This document shows, in pieces, positions 61,661 through 64,000 of a stretch of 64,000 bases of DNA (position 1 is its first letter; each line of letters starts with the position of its first letter). The position numbers and the translations under genes were made by a program. The stretch covers positions 23,304,776 through 23,368,775 of the forward strand of contig CM119265.1 of assembly GCA_051294375.1 (NCBI GenBank), given 5' to 3'. This stretch comes from Paraspadella gotoi (taxonomy: Eukaryota; Animalia; Chaetognatha). The notes under the pieces are model-generated. The model saw only the letters and a program-made list of their open reading frames with translations. It made no database searches and was not told the origin of the DNA.

Positions 61661-62788
61661 TAGGGTTACGGATTCGCATTTAAGGCTAAAGAAAAGGTTT
61701 AAGGTTTAGGGTTCAGCATTAGCAGAAATGGGCCGTTCTGGGAAAATAGTGCCAGCTTATACTTTATACATTCACAGAAAGGAAAGGCAGCTACGAGGCG
61801 CATAGAAGATCTTCCTTCCGTCGTAGTTTGTTCCGGAGAAAGGAAAAAGATCGAGGCGGGACTGGTGCAAACAGTTAGGTCGATTGTAAAGACGAAGATG
61901 TAATTGCGTAAAGACCTAAACTGGGGGAAAACAAACAATTTACTAACTGGATGTCGTTATATTTAAATTCAGTCTTCTGAAAGGAGGATCGTGAGGAAAG
62001 ATTATGAATCTGGTGAAGCCATGATGCTTCAACTAGAGAAGAAAAAGAAGGTGGAGGAGGAAGAAGAAGAAGTTGATGGATACTATGGGCCCTTTGGATA
62101 TTTTTACAAACGAGTGAGAATGATTAGCTTTAAAATGACTGTTATATAAGTAATTGTGGAGATTTCAAAGTGCAGACACTATGTCTGGAGGTAAAAATAT
62201 GTTGTTTTGTTTTTTAGGTCGTCATTGACGCTGATAAATCATGGTCAGAAGGTTTATGTAAGTGTAAAAAAAAATGTTGTCGATAACTTTTATTGAGGAA
62301 CGATCTACAACTTATGTTTTCTTCTGTAGTTTAATATAATAATTTACTTATAACTAGTGATTGTAATACCGAGAAGTTTATATTTTATTTAAAACTTTCG
62401 TTACAAATTCCTATTTTCTTTTTCTCATACTTAAGCTAAAGTAAGAAGCCACTACGTGGAACTTGTAGAAAAACTCCCGAAAAGAATGACGAAAGATAAT
62501 AGAAGAGCCTACAAACATTATGAGTTTTGTATCATGAAGGTAACAAAAAGGGGCCTATAGTAATATAAAATGTCTGCCATGATGTGAAATAAATAACTAT
62601 CATTTAATTAAATAATCAAAATAAAGCTAAATAAAAAAGAAAAAATAACCTCGAATTAAAGTTTAATTTTCTGTATATAACTTTATATTTTGATTATTTA
62701 TTTTTCTAAGGCTTTAGAATTTTTGGATGAAAAACTGATGTTTCCTCACCACAAAAGTACTGACGAACACTTTTTCGTTCCTATGGCA

Positions 62789-62925
62789 GGTACGATCAGG
62801 AGAATCAGTACGATCAGTAGAATCAGTACGATCAGTAGAATCAGTACGATCAGTAGAATCAGTACGATAAGTAGAATCAGTACGATCAGTAGAATCAGTA
62901 CGATCAGTAGAAACAGCACGATCAG
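62789..62925. repeat. 18-bp tandem repeat (AGTACGATCAGTAGAATC)n
   Basis: About 7 near-perfect units followed by (GA)n. Confidence 0.95.
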
Positions 62926-62927
62926 AG

Positions 62928-62976
<49 letters not shown>

Positions 62977-63235
62977 ATAGACAATAGACAATATTAATTA
63001 CTTGCGGCTTTAGGCACCTTGAGGGCCTTTAAAAGCTACCTATTTCTCTAGAATATTTACAAATTTTAATTGACTTTGAAACAAAAGTGTATCGCACTTC
63101 TAACTACAGTCGGTTGAACAAACTTCATGAAACCTCTCCAATTGAAAATGAACACAGATTCGCTCCTTTCCTAGTATTTCCCAACCCAGAAGTAGTTCTA
63201 TCGGAGATATATTGGTTTGAATGGGATTAAAAGAA

Positions 63236-63283
<48 letters not shown>

Positions 63284-64000
63284 TATCGTTATTATCACCA
63301 TTAGGTATTTCGTCTCACGCACTTGCAATATCAAATCTATTGTCTCAATTTTTTTTTCTCAAAAATAATGTTTTTGTCGCCCCGAATTGCCTCGTTCGGT
63401 TATCCCTTTGCTTTCCTTTCTTTTCCCCTTTCTTCTCCTCAGATTACGAGATCAACCAGAAGATGCTGGACAAACTCCAGAAATTGATCGAGGACGAAGA
63501 GAAGAGATTGACTCGTGAGACGACGATTCCGCAACCTGTGGTCAGTAGTCTCTCGATTCAGTTTGGTTTATCTCACCTCAGAATCGGACTCATTTTCCCT
63601 CTCACTTATTAACTCCTCTATTTGTTTAGACATTGTTTGCGACAATAAATGTATATTTACTAGTCTAGGGTGCGCTGTAAATTTTATTAAGTAATCGAAT
63701 CACTTATACCGGCGCTGTTCTTTTGTCATACAGGAGCAACGAGTGCGCAACCTGCGCGCTTTGGCGTTGGCCCCAGAGGGCGACGAAGCTCTCGAACAAA
63801 AGTCTCGGTACCCGATTTCCGTCATAAGGGCAGAGATGGGTTCGCTTCGATACCCGGCCACCTTCAGGGATCATATTTATGGTGAGTCCAATTAAAGAGA
63901 TCATATTCATATCTCTCCAATTCCATATTTTTAGTTCCACCAATTCTCTCACAGCTCTGCTAGACTTTCATATACTTTTCTACCTTATGAAGTGATACAA

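Noticed and set aside
62690-62991. ISTISR / ILLIVL repeat proteins
   Set aside because: Translation of an 18-bp tandem repeat plus a GA microsatellite

Overview
Repeat-rich eukaryotic (animal-like) genomic DNA with microsatellites, N gaps and indel-noisy stretches. Scattered + strand exons of a host WD40-repeat gene (about 23-63.5 kb) are separated by nested transposable elements. The dominant element is a Ty3/Gypsy LTR retrotransposon family. It has ~390-440 bp LTRs (TGTAAC...GCTACA), 4-bp TSDs, a tRNA-Arg-like PBS, a GGGGGAGGG polypurine tract, and gag, RT and integrase remnants. The main discovery is a ~4.3 kb ANTISENSE cassette with introns between pol and the 3' LTR, present in five partial or complete copies. 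It has its own TATA+Inr promoter just inside the PPT and phase-compatible GT-AG exons. It encodes a ~620-aa orphan protein (signal-peptide-like N-terminus, Cys-containing region, Pro/Ser-rich tail with an NLS-like motif), followed through an ATGA stop/start overlap by a second, Thr-rich spliced ORF. Also present are two Maverick/Polinton-type DNA polymerase B relics, Helentron/DINE-like non-autonomous elements, a tRNA-Lys-primed LTR relic, minisatellites and probable haplotype duplications. All calls come from reading the sequence by eye; no database search was run.
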